Shown piece after piece: positions 7,735-16,724 of a DNA stretch of 64,000 nucleotides. The translations under genes were made by a program, and so were the position numbers. The DNA lies in contig CAZYDG010000072.1 of the NCBI GenBank assembly GCA_964645835.1, positions 6,582 to 70,581 on the forward strand, written 5' to 3'. Within the stretch, counting starts at the first letter, position 1. Each line of letters begins with the position of its first letter. Origin of the DNA: an uncultured Syntrophaceae bacterium. GTDB lineage: Bacteria > Desulfobacterota > Syntrophia > Syntrophales > UBA8958. The notes beneath the pieces were generated by a model that did no database searches, had not been told where the DNA came from, and saw only the letters and a list, made by a program, of their open reading frames with translations.

Positions 7735-8130
7735 GCGCAGAAGCCAATCAAGACAAAACTATGGTTTCGAATTGGAATCACAATTTGTCGTTCACGACAA
7801 GGCATCCGTCGTTTTTGCTTAGGTAATCTTCCCCTCTTTGATGATCCATTTCGTCAGTTCCGCTATAGTTGGTTCGTCATGAATCAGCCTTTCATTTACC
7901 TTTCTATGCACGCACAATATCCGTAGCTGTCTTAAATTGTTCACCGACACACGGGCAACAGTTCGCCTTCGCCCGTGGCACCCAATGCACCTCATTATTT
8001 CTTAACACGGCCACTCGCCGCATTAACTCTTGCGATTCTTGCTGATTGATATTCCTGCCAGCAAAGTTATTTAGATATACTGGTTCCAAGAACTCCCAAC
8101 GGAACTCACAGAACTACCAAACAGAACAAT

Positions 8131-9561
8131 TTACGCTACACGGTTTAAGTCAGGAAGTACTTTGTTGTTTTCGTTCAATACCGATCTGTGCCGTGAGTAG
8201 CTGAAGTATATTACCAGGCCTATGATGAGCCATACACAAAAGGATATCCAAACGAGCAAATCAAGGCAGCTCAATAAAAAGCCGCAGCTCAAGATAGCGC
8301 ATAAAGGCAGCAGCGGCACCCATGGACATCGGAATTTTCGAGGCAGATCCGGGTGGGTTTTTCGCATTACTATAACAGAAATTGATATCAAGCAGAACGC
8401 GACCAGCGTCCCGAGATTTGTCAACTGAAGAATATTACTAAGAGGAAGACTGGAACTGATCACGCCTCCTATGATGCCAACCAGCCATGTTGATGCATAT
8501 GGACTCTTATAAGTGGTGTGAAGCTTTGCGAATACCGGAGGCAACAGCCTGTCCCGCGACATTGCATAGAAAATCCTTGTTTGCCCGTAAATGAGAACCA
8601 ATATAACTGTGGTCATCCCCATAATTGCTGCTATATTGATCATTTCAGCAAACCACTCTTGGCCCACCGACTGGATAGCGAATGATACCGGGTTGTTTGT
8701 TCCAATGTATTTCTCAAATGGGACAATCCCTGTCATGACCATTGTTACTGCAATGTAGAGCAGCGTGCAGAACCCGAGAGAGAACAGAATACCACGTGGC
8801 AAATCCCGGCCTGGATTTTTTACTTCCTCGGCAGCAGAGGAGATCGAATCGAATCCGATATAAGAGAAGAATATCAACGCTGCCGCATTAAATATTCCCT
8901 GTGCACCGAATGGGGCAAAAGGCTGCCAATTGGCAGGCCGTATGTAAAAAGAACCAATTGCAATAAACAGGAGAATTATTCCAATTTTGACAGCAACCAA
9001 TAAATTATTCACGCGGGCCGATTCCTTGACTCCTTTGGAGATAATATATGTAACGAGCATCATAATCAAGAAGGCAGGCAGATTGAACCATGTGGTTGTT
9101 CCCGGGATGGACCCGTAAGCGGCCGAAAGCTCAACTGGAATATTAATTCCGATACCAGCTAAGAGTGCAATAAAATATCCGGACCAGCCAGCCGCGACCG
9201 CAGCAGCTCCCAGGGTATATTCCAATACAAGATCCCACCCAATCAGCCATGCAAAGAATTCTCCCATAGTGTAGTATGTATAAGTGTAAACAGATCCGGA
9301 AATGGGAATAGCCGAGGAAAACTCGGCATAACTTAAGGCAGCAAAGCTGCATGCAGTGGATGCGATTACAAATGAAAGAGTAAGTCCAGGCCCTGCAATG
9401 GTAGCACCTACACCGGTAACTACGAATATTCCCACCCCAACTATCGCTCCAATTCCCATCAGGGTTAAATCCCAAGCGCCTAATTCCTTCCTGAGCTTGG
9501 AATCCCTTATGTCTTGCAACAAAGTATCTATTTTCTTTTTTCTGAAAATGTCTTTCATCAT
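8131..9561 (-). CDS. APC-superfamily amino acid permease
   Basis: This 476-aa polytopic membrane protein reads LGAWDLTLMGIGAIVGVGIFVVTGV near its N-terminus, typical of the cationic amino acid transporter (YhdG-like) subfamily. Confidence 0.85.
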   Translation of the reverse strand: MMKDIFRKKKIDTLLQDIRDSKLRKELGAWDLTLMGIGAIVGVGIFVVTGVGATIAGPGLTLSFVIASTACSFAALSYAEFSSAIPISGSVYTYTYYTMGEFFAWLIGWDLVLEYTLGAAAVAAGWSGYFIALLAGIGINIPVELSAAYGSIPGTTTWFNLPAFLIMMLVTYIISKGVKESARVNNLLVAVKIGIILLFIAIGSFYIRPANWQPFAPFGAQGIFNAAALIFFSYIGFDSISSAAEEVKNPGRDLPRGILFSLGFCTLLYIAVTMVMTGIVPFEKYIGTNNPVSFAIQSVGQEWFAEMINIAAIMGMTTVILVLIYGQTRIFYAMSRDRLLPPVFAKLHTTYKSPYASTWLVGIIGGVISSSLPLSNILQLTNLGTLVAFCLISISVIVMRKTHPDLPRKFRCPWVPLLPLCAILSCGFLLSCLDLLVWISFCVWLIIGLVIYFSYSRHRSVLNENNKVLPDLNRVA

Positions 9562-9747
9562 CCTTGTCCTTTCAGGAAGTTTAACTCGGGAAACTAGTTA
9601 GAGGAGCATCGGATAATTAGATATAAGCTGACATCTGATTTATGCTATGGGTGTATGTCCTATGATGGTCTGTATGAGCATTATCTGATTGAATTCAGAT
9701 AGGACAGACGTACTTCGACACCAAATACAATGGCAATTTTTCTCATG

Positions 9748-10010
9748 TCGCAAAACGGCAATCTATATTACTGGGACCGGAAGGCGAAAAGCAGTTGTGC
9801 CGAGGTGGATTATCTGGCTGTGCTGAATGGCAAGATTCATCCAGGGAGGTGAAAAGCAGTGCAACCGGTAAGCATGAAAAGCCTCCATCTGTTCCTGGCC
9901 ACATACCCCGATTGCGGCAAAGCTATGGTCTTTTCTGGCTGATGTTTGATGGCAAAGTCAAAAGCAGCTCTGTCAACACCCGTCTGACCACCCGAGATGA
10001 TCTAAAGACC
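9748..10010 (+). pseudogene. 3' remnant of an AAA-ATPase/DUF4143-family gene, frameshifted
   Basis: The fragment reads GNLYYWDRKAKSSCAEVDYLAVLNGKIHP, then (frame change) EVKSSATGK, then (frame change) MKSLHLFLATYPDCGKAMVFSG. This matches the conserved C-terminus (YYW.R....AEVDY......PIEVK.G..G.LKSLH.F) of that family. No N-terminal ATPase portion is present. Confidence 0.55.
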
Positions 10011-10027
10011 AAAAGATCCGGCCAACT

Positions 10028-11173
10028 CTATGCCAGAATCTCCCGGGCGATGATCAGACGCTGGATCTCCGAGGTGCCGCCGCCGATGGTCTGGAGTTTG
10101 GCGTCTCGCATCATCCTCTCCACGGGGAATTCCTTGATATATCCGTATCCGCCGAGGATCTGAACCGCTTCTGTCGTCACTCGCATGGCCACTTCTGAGG
10201 TATAGAGTTTTGTGTAGGCAGCGGTGAGGTTCATCTCCCGGTGCATTCCCCGGTCGGCCATCATGGCGCCTTTATAGGTGATGAGCCTTGAAAGCTCGAT
10301 TTCCATGGCCATATCGGCAAGCTTCGCCTGGATGAGCTGAAAGGCGGAAATCGGTTTCCCAAACTGAATGCGTTCTTTGGCATATCGGAGGGCGCACTCG
10401 TAGGCCCCTCGGGCGAGTCCCAGCGAATGCGCTCCCAGGAGAACCCTCTCGGTGTTGAGGCCGCTCATTAGGACAAGCGCGCCCCGGTTTTCACCACCCA
10501 GAAGATTTTCTGCAGGTACCCGGCAGTCCTCAAAGATCAGTTCTCCTGTTGGAGAGCCTCGCCACCCCATTTTTTCGAACTTTTTTCCACGTTGAAAGCC
10601 CGGGAAATCTTTCTCCACGATAAAGGCGGAGACGCCATGGGGCCCCTTCTCCGGGTCGGTCTTGGCGTAGATTACGAAGATATCTCCCACCGGGCCGTTG
10701 GAGATGAATATCTTCGAGCCGTTCAGTACATATTCGTCTCCTTTTTTTACGGCGCGAAGCCTCATCGACATAACATCCGATCCGGCGGAAGGTTCTGTCA
10801 TGGCCAGTCCCCCGATCTTGCTTCCGTCGCAGAGCGGTGGCAGGTATTTATTCAACTGAAATGCGTTTGCATTGCGACGGATATTGTCAACGCAGAGGCC
10901 CGCATGGGTGCCGAAAACCGCCGCGGTGGAAGAGCAGACTATGGAAAGTTCTTCTCCGATAATGCACATCTCCGTATAACCCGCTCCGGCGCCACCGAAC
11001 TCCTGGGGCACGGTGGTTCCGAGAAGTCCCATCTCACCCAGTCGCTGGAAGCTTTCCGTGGGGAATCTTTCCTGTTCGTCTATTTCGCGGGCCAGAGGTT
11101 GAACCTCTTTTTCGGCAAACAGCCGGACCGTCTCCCTCAGTATTGTCTGTTCTTCCGTGAATTCTGGAAACAT
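10028..11173 (-). CDS. acyl-CoA dehydrogenase
   Basis: Motifs are MTEPSAGSD, GSKIFISNG and GGYGYIKEFPVERMMRDAKLQTIGGGTSEIQ. The start is placed at MFPEFTEEQ. Confidence 0.9.
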   Translation of the reverse strand: MFPEFTEEQTILRETVRLFAEKEVQPLAREIDEQERFPTESFQRLGEMGLLGTTVPQEFGGAGAGYTEMCIIGEELSIVCSSTAAVFGTHAGLCVDNIRRNANAFQLNKYLPPLCDGSKIGGLAMTEPSAGSDVMSMRLRAVKKGDEYVLNGSKIFISNGPVGDIFVIYAKTDPEKGPHGVSAFIVEKDFPGFQRGKKFEKMGWRGSPTGELIFEDCRVPAENLLGGENRGALVLMSGLNTERVLLGAHSLGLARGAYECALRYAKERIQFGKPISAFQLIQAKLADMAMEIELSRLITYKGAMMADRGMHREMNLTAAYTKLYTSEVAMRVTTEAVQILGGYGYIKEFPVERMMRDAKLQTIGGGTSEIQRLIIAREILA

Positions 11174-11278
11174 AACCTTACCTTTCTTTATCATTCTCCA
11201 GCCGATTACTTGCCGGGCATCATTGATATGGAAGGGAAGAAGGGCGCCGGTGTGGGCGCCCTTCCACCTATCATAAGA

Positions 11279-12610
11279 TCAGAATTGTTCCTTTTTAAGA
11301 AAACCCCGTTCCCTCGCTCCTTTTTCCAGCTCTTCGCGGAATTTGGGATGGGCGATCTTTATGAGCTCTTTGGCCCGTTCGGGTTCCGTCCGCCCATATA
11401 GATCGGCGACCCCGTATTCGGTGACGACAAATCCCGAGTAGTGGCGGGGCACGGTTACCCTGGCGCCTTGAGCAAGATAGGGGACGATCCGCGATACGGT
11501 GTCATCCATGGTTGTCGACGGCAGAAGATTGATCGCCCGTCCTCCCGGCGACAAGAATGCGCCGACCACAAAATCAAGCTGGCCTCCTGTGCCTGTTCTG
11601 ATATAGTTGCCAATTGACTCAGAGCAAATCTGCCCCGTAAGATCCACTTCAATCGATCCGTTAATGGCAACGATGTTGTCTTCCTGGGCGATTACGGGGA
11701 TGCTGTTTGCATAGGAGGTCGGACGAAATTCGCACAAGGGGTTGTTGGCAATAAAATCGTAGAGTTCCTGATCGCCCATGGTGAAGGCGAGGAGGATTTT
11801 CCTGGGGTTGACCTTCTTGTACTTGCCGGTTACGATACCTTTTTCTACCAGCCTGTGCGTGCCGGCCGGGACCATTTCGGTGTGGATCCCCAGATCTTTC
11901 AGACCGGAGTTTTCCAGAAGCTTACTGATCATGGCGGGAACAGCTCCTATCCCGACCTGGACGCAGTCGCGGTCTTTAAGGAGGCCAATCACGTTTTCCG
12001 CCATCTTGATTTCCACGTCCGTGGCCTGGGGGGTAGGGATAGCGGGAATGGGATTCGGATTTTCAACAAAGGCGCTGAACCTCGAGACATGAAAGTTGGT
12101 CTGGCCATAGGTTCGGGGCATCTTGGGGTTGACTTCCGCAATGATCCATTCGCACTGGTTCATGATCGCTTCCGTATAGAAGGCGTCCAGTCCGAGGTTG
12201 ACAAAGCCGTGTTCGTCGGGTGGCGCGACCTGTGTTATCATCCCCGTGCGCCGATTGAATGCGCACTTGCGTAAGGAATATTTTTTCCCTGCATCAGAGC
12301 TCTGGCAGGGGAAGAAATTTGCCCATTCCGATTTACCGAAAGGCATCAGGACCGGGGAACTGTAAAATCCGAAAACGAGCTTGAAGGTGTCCCGGTATTC
12401 AGGTTTGAAGATTTTATAAGGCCTCAGAACAAGGCAATTTGTGTACTCTACGTCTTCTAATTCATCCTTGCGGTCAGCAATGGCATCCATGATCAGCATG
12501 GATGGCTGACCCAGATTGAGCGGGGTCCAGAAGCAGTCACCTGATTGAACGATCTTTGCAGCATCTTGCGCCGACATAAGCCGACTATTGTAAAGCTCTT
12601 GCCAACTCAT
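11279..12610 (-). CDS. acetyl-CoA hydrolase/transferase family protein (4-hydroxybutyrate CoA-transferase-like)
   Basis: This 443-aa ORF contains GIGAVP, TGTGGQLDFV and VVTEYGVADLYGRT, all characteristic of this family. Confidence 0.85.
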   Translation of the reverse strand: MSWQELYNSRLMSAQDAAKIVQSGDCFWTPLNLGQPSMLIMDAIADRKDELEDVEYTNCLVLRPYKIFKPEYRDTFKLVFGFYSSPVLMPFGKSEWANFFPCQSSDAGKKYSLRKCAFNRRTGMITQVAPPDEHGFVNLGLDAFYTEAIMNQCEWIIAEVNPKMPRTYGQTNFHVSRFSAFVENPNPIPAIPTPQATDVEIKMAENVIGLLKDRDCVQVGIGAVPAMISKLLENSGLKDLGIHTEMVPAGTHRLVEKGIVTGKYKKVNPRKILLAFTMGDQELYDFIANNPLCEFRPTSYANSIPVIAQEDNIVAINGSIEVDLTGQICSESIGNYIRTGTGGQLDFVVGAFLSPGGRAINLLPSTTMDDTVSRIVPYLAQGARVTVPRHYSGFVVTEYGVADLYGRTEPERAKELIKIAHPKFREELEKGARERGFLKKEQF

Positions 12611-12891
12611 AGTCCCCCTCCTTTTATGAAAGACTTTAGTTCTTCATGGTTAGGTTTACAGTTGACACGGCCCCATCTTCTCGCAAAGCCGGATTAAATA
12701 AATTAAGGCATTGCGAGATTCACAATAAACGATGCTTCTTTGGTTGCAGGATCACCCCCTTTTAAATTTTTTAGCGTAAATGTTTAATATCATACCATTC
12801 AATGTAATTGCACGGGAATAAATATTGTAAAGATGAATCTTAACAGATGTTGTGATGAAAAGAATTATGCTTGAAAGACATTATAAAAAAA

Positions 12892-12925
12892 ATTGATTGA
12901 CATGTCAATCAATAATTGTTAGAAA
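12892..12925 (+). promoter_or_regulatory. TetR operator palindrome overlapping a sigma70-like promoter
   Basis: ATTGATTGACA|TGTCAATCAAT (12892-12913) is a perfect 22-bp palindrome. It contains TTGACA (12897-12902), and TAGAAA follows 17 nt later (12920-12925). The tetR ATG is at 12932. Confidence 0.6.
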
Positions 12926-12931
12926 AGATGC

Positions 12932-13543
12932 ATGGACAAGACCGAGCGGGAAAAAGCAATAATCGCGGCGGCGCAGAAGGTTTTCAGCCGGAAAGGCTTC
13001 TCCGAGACCCGTATGGCGGATGTTGCGAGAGAGGCCAATCTGTCGTATGGCCTGATTTACCATTATTTCGGGACCAAAGAGAGCCTCTTCGAGGTCATTA
13101 TCGAACAATGGTGGAATGAATATTATTTGAAACTGGAGCAATTGAAATCGAGTTCGCTTTCGACGTACGACAAGCTTGCGGAGATTATAAAATTTCTTCT
13201 CCAAGTTTACGAAACGAGGCCATATCTGCTGACCATTTTTATCTCGGAGGTGTCGCGCGGCTTTGTCTACCAGAAAAAGACCCGGAGAAAGGATAGATTC
13301 AATAAGCTCTTTTCCCTCTGCGAAGCAATCATTGTCGAAGGCCAGAACAATAATATTATCCGCAAGGATATTCAGGCCAATTACATGGCAATTATTTTCC
13401 TTGGTTCCCTGGATTCGGTGCTGTCGGTCATGATCCTGGGAGATGAGCCTCTGAACAAACGAAGAGAGAAGCGCATCATCGAGAGTCTGACAAAAATATT
13501 CTTTCAGGGAGCTTCGCTCAAACAAGAGGGTGACAGCACATGA
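12932..13543 (+). CDS. TetR/AcrR-family transcriptional regulator
   Basis: The N-terminal HTH reads AAQKVFSRKGFSETRMADVAREANLSYGLIYHYFGTKESLF. Confidence 0.9.
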   Translation: MDKTEREKAIIAAAQKVFSRKGFSETRMADVAREANLSYGLIYHYFGTKESLFEVIIEQWWNEYYLKLEQLKSSSLSTYDKLAEIIKFLLQVYETRPYLLTIFISEVSRGFVYQKKTRRKDRFNKLFSLCEAIIVEGQNNNIIRKDIQANYMAIIFLGSLDSVLSVMILGDEPLNKRREKRIIESLTKIFFQGASLKQEGDST

Positions 13544-14148
13544 TTCTTAGAGGACAGTTGCACGCTCATACAACGATGTCCGACGGGCGTCTAACCCCTC
13601 AAGAGACCGCCGATGAGTATGCCCGCCTTGGTTTCCACTTTCTTGCAATTACCGATCACGATCACCTCCTTCGTCCCACTTACCGCGATGAAATAAAAAA
13701 TATAAAATCCGATCTGCTCATCTTTCCCGGCATTGAATTAACGGTTCACTGCAGTAAAGGATACGTTCATGTCAGCAGGATTGATGGAAACGGCGATGAT
13801 CTGTTTATCCTCAACCATCCGGCTGACTATGACCTTGATCTAAGAAAAACGATGGAATGCATCGAAGAGGTTTCCGCCCAATATCCCCTCCATGCCGTGG
13901 AAATAACCAACCACGGATTTTACACCCCCGAATTCGACATACCCGAAATTAATTACTTGAAAATTGCGGCTGATGACTCCCACAACCGCCTCGGCTGCGG
14001 TCGTGGATGGATCGAACTGGAATCCGAACTCAGCGGCAAGGCCATTATGACGGCAATCAAGAGCGGTAAATATCGCAATTGTTTCGCAGGAAATCTGGGA
14101 CAAAAAGAAATCATGTCAAGGCAAGTTCCGGAATTTCGATTAGCTTAA
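13540..14148 (+). CDS. PHP-domain metal-dependent phosphoesterase
   Basis: The N-terminus reads LHAHTTMSDGRLTPQE...FLAITDHD. The start overlaps the tetR stop (ATGA). Confidence 0.75.
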   Translation: MILRGQLHAHTTMSDGRLTPQETADEYARLGFHFLAITDHDHLLRPTYRDEIKNIKSDLLIFPGIELTVHCSKGYVHVSRIDGNGDDLFILNHPADYDLDLRKTMECIEEVSAQYPLHAVEITNHGFYTPEFDIPEINYLKIAADDSHNRLGCGRGWIELESELSGKAIMTAIKSGKYRNCFAGNLGQKEIMSRQVPEFRLA

Positions 14149-14165
14149 CGTGACTGAAAAATAAG

Positions 14166-14335
14166 TTGAAATTTTCAATCTTGGACAGTCTGTTCAAAAG
14201 CTTGTCCCGTACATGATACGGGCTGTTCAGATGCAAGGCGCGTAAAAGTTGAGGAATGAGTCGTATATAGAAGTATGTCGATTGAAGAGGCTTGCAGCGC
14301 AACGCAGCAGCTGGGCATTTTTCAATAGACTGAAT
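14166..14335 (-). repeat. palindromic intergenic repeat, copy A (one hairpin cassette); ends +/-10 bp
   Basis: The copy reads ..CTGTTCAAAAGC-[GTCCCGTACATGATACGGGC]-TGTTCAGATGCAAGGCGCGTAAAAG...GCAGCGCAACGCAGCAGCTGGGCATTTTTCAATAGACTG. It is alignable over its whole core with copies B-G. Confidence 0.85.
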
Positions 14336-14357
14336 ATTTATGGGAAGGAGATATTAT

Positions 14358-15506
14358 ATGGCATCAAAAAGGGTAGCTGTTTGTGCTGTTGCCCAGCATA
14401 AATGCGAATCAGATCTTTGGTACAAGCGATTTCAGGGCATGCTTCTCGATGTGCTGGAAGACCTCAGGAATCAGACGGGATTAAGCTTTGATGAGGATAA
14501 GGGCGTCAATACCATTGTCAGTGCATCTGATGACTTTTTCGATGCACGGACGATTTCCAACAATGGAGTGACCGATGTTCTGGGTGCCCATTACCGCTCG
14601 GAGGAGAAGATGGCCCAGGAAGGGTTGAATGCCATCGGTTACGCCATGGCCGTCATTCTCTCCGGCCATGAAGACATGGTGCTGGTCATGGGGCATTGTA
14701 AGGAATCCCAGGGTGAAAGCCGGAACATGATCTCCAATCTGTCGTTTGACCCGTTCTATGGGAGGGCGACAGGCCTTGACTGGCTTAATGCGTCGGCGCT
14801 GCAGGCCCAGGCTTATATCAAAAAATCCGGTGTTACGGATCGTCATCTGGCAAAGATCGTTGCCCGTGCAAGCAAGTGGGCGGCCAAGAATCCCTGTGCC
14901 ATGACAAGGGAAATTCTGGAAGAGGGAAAGGTTATGGCCTCTCACATGGTTTGCGATCCCCTTCGACAGCTGCATATTTATCCCGTTTCCGATGGTTGCG
15001 TGGGAATGCTGCTCACGTCTGAAGAACGCGCTAAGGACTTTACGGACAAGCCCGTCTGGATCAAGGGTTTTGCCAACTGCATGGACAGTTTCTATCTGGG
15101 CGACCGCGATCTGACAAGCAACTTCGCCTTGAAGAAGGCGGCCGAACGCGCATACGGTCAAGCGGGAATCAACGATCAGAAAAAAGAAATCGATGTCGTC
15201 GAGGTCTCCGATGCCTATGCCTACCAACAGCCCATGTGGCTTGAAGGTCTCGGTTTTTGTGAGGAAGGCAAAGGTGGAAAATTCATCGATGAAGGTGGCC
15301 CTGATAAATTTAATGTGAATCGTTCAGGCGGTATGCTGGCCGGTAGCCCGATCGTGATTTCCGGTCTCTATCGCGCTGCGGATGCGGTTCTTCAGCTCAA
15401 GGGACAGGCAGGGGAAAGGCAGGTTCCGGATGCGAAAAAGGCGCTTGCCCACTCGTCATGGGGTGCCGCGGGGCAGTTCCATTCCGTACTCATTCTGGAA
15501 AACTAA
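14358..15506 (+). CDS. thiolase-fold protein (SCP-x/Ltp type) apparently lacking catalytic Cys and His
   Basis: The overall thiolase-like layout is present (LVMGHCKES; NRSGGMLAG.P; QLKGQAGERQV). At the nucleophile position, RSEEKMAQEG has Met where thiolases have Cys. GSP replaces the GHP catalytic His. GGAGA lies 7-8 nt upstream of ATG 14358. Confidence 0.7.
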   Translation: MASKRVAVCAVAQHKCESDLWYKRFQGMLLDVLEDLRNQTGLSFDEDKGVNTIVSASDDFFDARTISNNGVTDVLGAHYRSEEKMAQEGLNAIGYAMAVILSGHEDMVLVMGHCKESQGESRNMISNLSFDPFYGRATGLDWLNASALQAQAYIKKSGVTDRHLAKIVARASKWAAKNPCAMTREILEEGKVMASHMVCDPLRQLHIYPVSDGCVGMLLTSEERAKDFTDKPVWIKGFANCMDSFYLGDRDLTSNFALKKAAERAYGQAGINDQKKEIDVVEVSDAYAYQQPMWLEGLGFCEEGKGGKFIDEGGPDKFNVNRSGGMLAGSPIVISGLYRAADAVLQLKGQAGERQVPDAKKALAHSSWGAAGQFHSVLILEN

Positions 15507-15518
15507 GGAGCAGCGATT

Positions 15519-16724
15519 ATGAAAAAAAACAGAAACGTAGCGATTATCGGTGTCGGCCAGACTACGCTCTCAAGTCATAAAGAAGACCAGAATCAGGTGG
15601 AAATGGTCCATGAGGCGGTGAAAAACGCCTTAGCGGACGCCGACCTGAGGCTGGACGATATTGACTGCATTGTCCATGGGAATATGGAACTCTTTGAAAT
15701 GCAGCATGCACCGGACCTGTGGCATTCCCTGGGTACGGGGGCTTATGGGAAAGATGAATTCCGTCTGACCACGGGCGGCACGGTGGGGGCGACCCTCGTC
15801 TGTGCGGCCGACAATCTGGTTGCCTCGGGCATGTATGAGACGGTGCTGGCTTTGGGTATGGAGAAACTCCAGGAATCGAACACGACGGGCGGCATCACGA
15901 ATATGGCCGATCCCCTCTGGTTCCGGAATCTGCAGACGGGAGCCCTCACAGGAACGACGGCATCGGCCATGATCAACGAGTTCGGCGAGGAGAGAGCCAA
16001 AAAGGCGGCTATGCGCTACCGGATTATGATGGATAAAAACGCCACGCTGAATGAAAGGGCACACCGGCGCTTCGGGCTCGACTATAGCCAGGGCGAAGAA
16101 CTGATGGCAACATCGCCCCAGCTTGTCGGCGATCTTCGTCTGATCCACATGTGTTCACAATCCGATGGTGCTGCGGCCATGATCTTCACATCGGAAGAAA
16201 ACGTAAAAAAAGGAACGGCCAAAACACCGGTCTGGATCAGGGATCATGTCCAGGTTCATCGCGAAGAGACCATCTCCAATATGTTCGGATTTAAGAAGCC
16301 GAAGATGACTCATCGTTACGCGGCGGAAAAACTTTTTAAACGCAACGGCATCAAGAACCCTATCGACTATTTCGACGTCTTCGAAATGTACGACCCTTCA
16401 TCGTGGTGGGCCATGGACTGGCTGCGGGAGTTTTTGCTTCTTGAAGGCGATGCCCATCTCCGCATGCTGGAAGGGGGAGAATTCGATCTTGACGGAAAGC
16501 TGCCGATCAATCCCTCGGGCGGCGTTATCGCAAGCAACCCTATCGGGGCGACTGCCATGCTCCGGCCGCTGGAGGCCGCCCTCCAGATCAGAGGGGATGC
16601 AGGCAAACACCAGATAAAGAAGGATGTAAAGCACGCTCTGGCATCCGGGTTCGGCGGAACTTACTGGAGTGTCTTAATGATGCTCGAAAAAGAGCTTAAC
16701 TGGCAGGAGGATCATCATGGCTGA
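15519..16724 (+). CDS. thiolase-fold protein (SCP-x/Ltp type), second paralogue, also lacking catalytic Cys and His
   Basis: Thiolase-like segments are VAIIGVGQT, LALGMEK, NPSGGVIASNPIGATA and QIRGDAGKHQI. The nucleophile region reads RLTTGGTVGA with no Cys. SNP replaces GHP. Confidence 0.7.
   Translation: MKKNRNVAIIGVGQTTLSSHKEDQNQVEMVHEAVKNALADADLRLDDIDCIVHGNMELFEMQHAPDLWHSLGTGAYGKDEFRLTTGGTVGATLVCAADNLVASGMYETVLALGMEKLQESNTTGGITNMADPLWFRNLQTGALTGTTASAMINEFGEERAKKAAMRYRIMMDKNATLNERAHRRFGLDYSQGEELMATSPQLVGDLRLIHMCSQSDGAAAMIFTSEENVKKGTAKTPVWIRDHVQVHREETISNMFGFKKPKMTHRYAAEKLFKRNGIKNPIDYFDVFEMYDPSSWWAMDWLREFLLLEGDAHLRMLEGGEFDLDGKLPINPSGGVIASNPIGATAMLRPLEAALQIRGDAGKHQIKKDVKHALASGFGGTYWSVLMMLEKELNWQEDHHG

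Noticed and set aside
7735-8130. Small minus-strand ORFs in the 396-bp gap: a 61-aa track ORF at 7904..8089, and an untracked 56-aa frame MRCIGCHGRRRTV...IAELTKWIIKEGKIT
   Set aside because: They are mutually overlapping alternatives, with no RBS and no recognisable family. I cannot decide from the sequence alone, so neither is reported as a feature.
10592-11401. Long antisense ORFs inside well-supported genes (10592..11401, 14481..15227, 17395..18261, 18397..19062, 30084..30803, 47490..47972, 60036..60734)
   Set aside because: Each lies opposite a gene with clear family motifs. The products are Arg/Gly/Pro/Ser-rich with no motifs. Such stop-free antisense frames are common opposite coding regions.
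12905-13525. 206-aa minus-strand ORF covering the tetR locus
   Set aside because: The plus-strand frame has an unmistakable TetR HTH, a promoter and an operator. The antisense product has no recognisable features.
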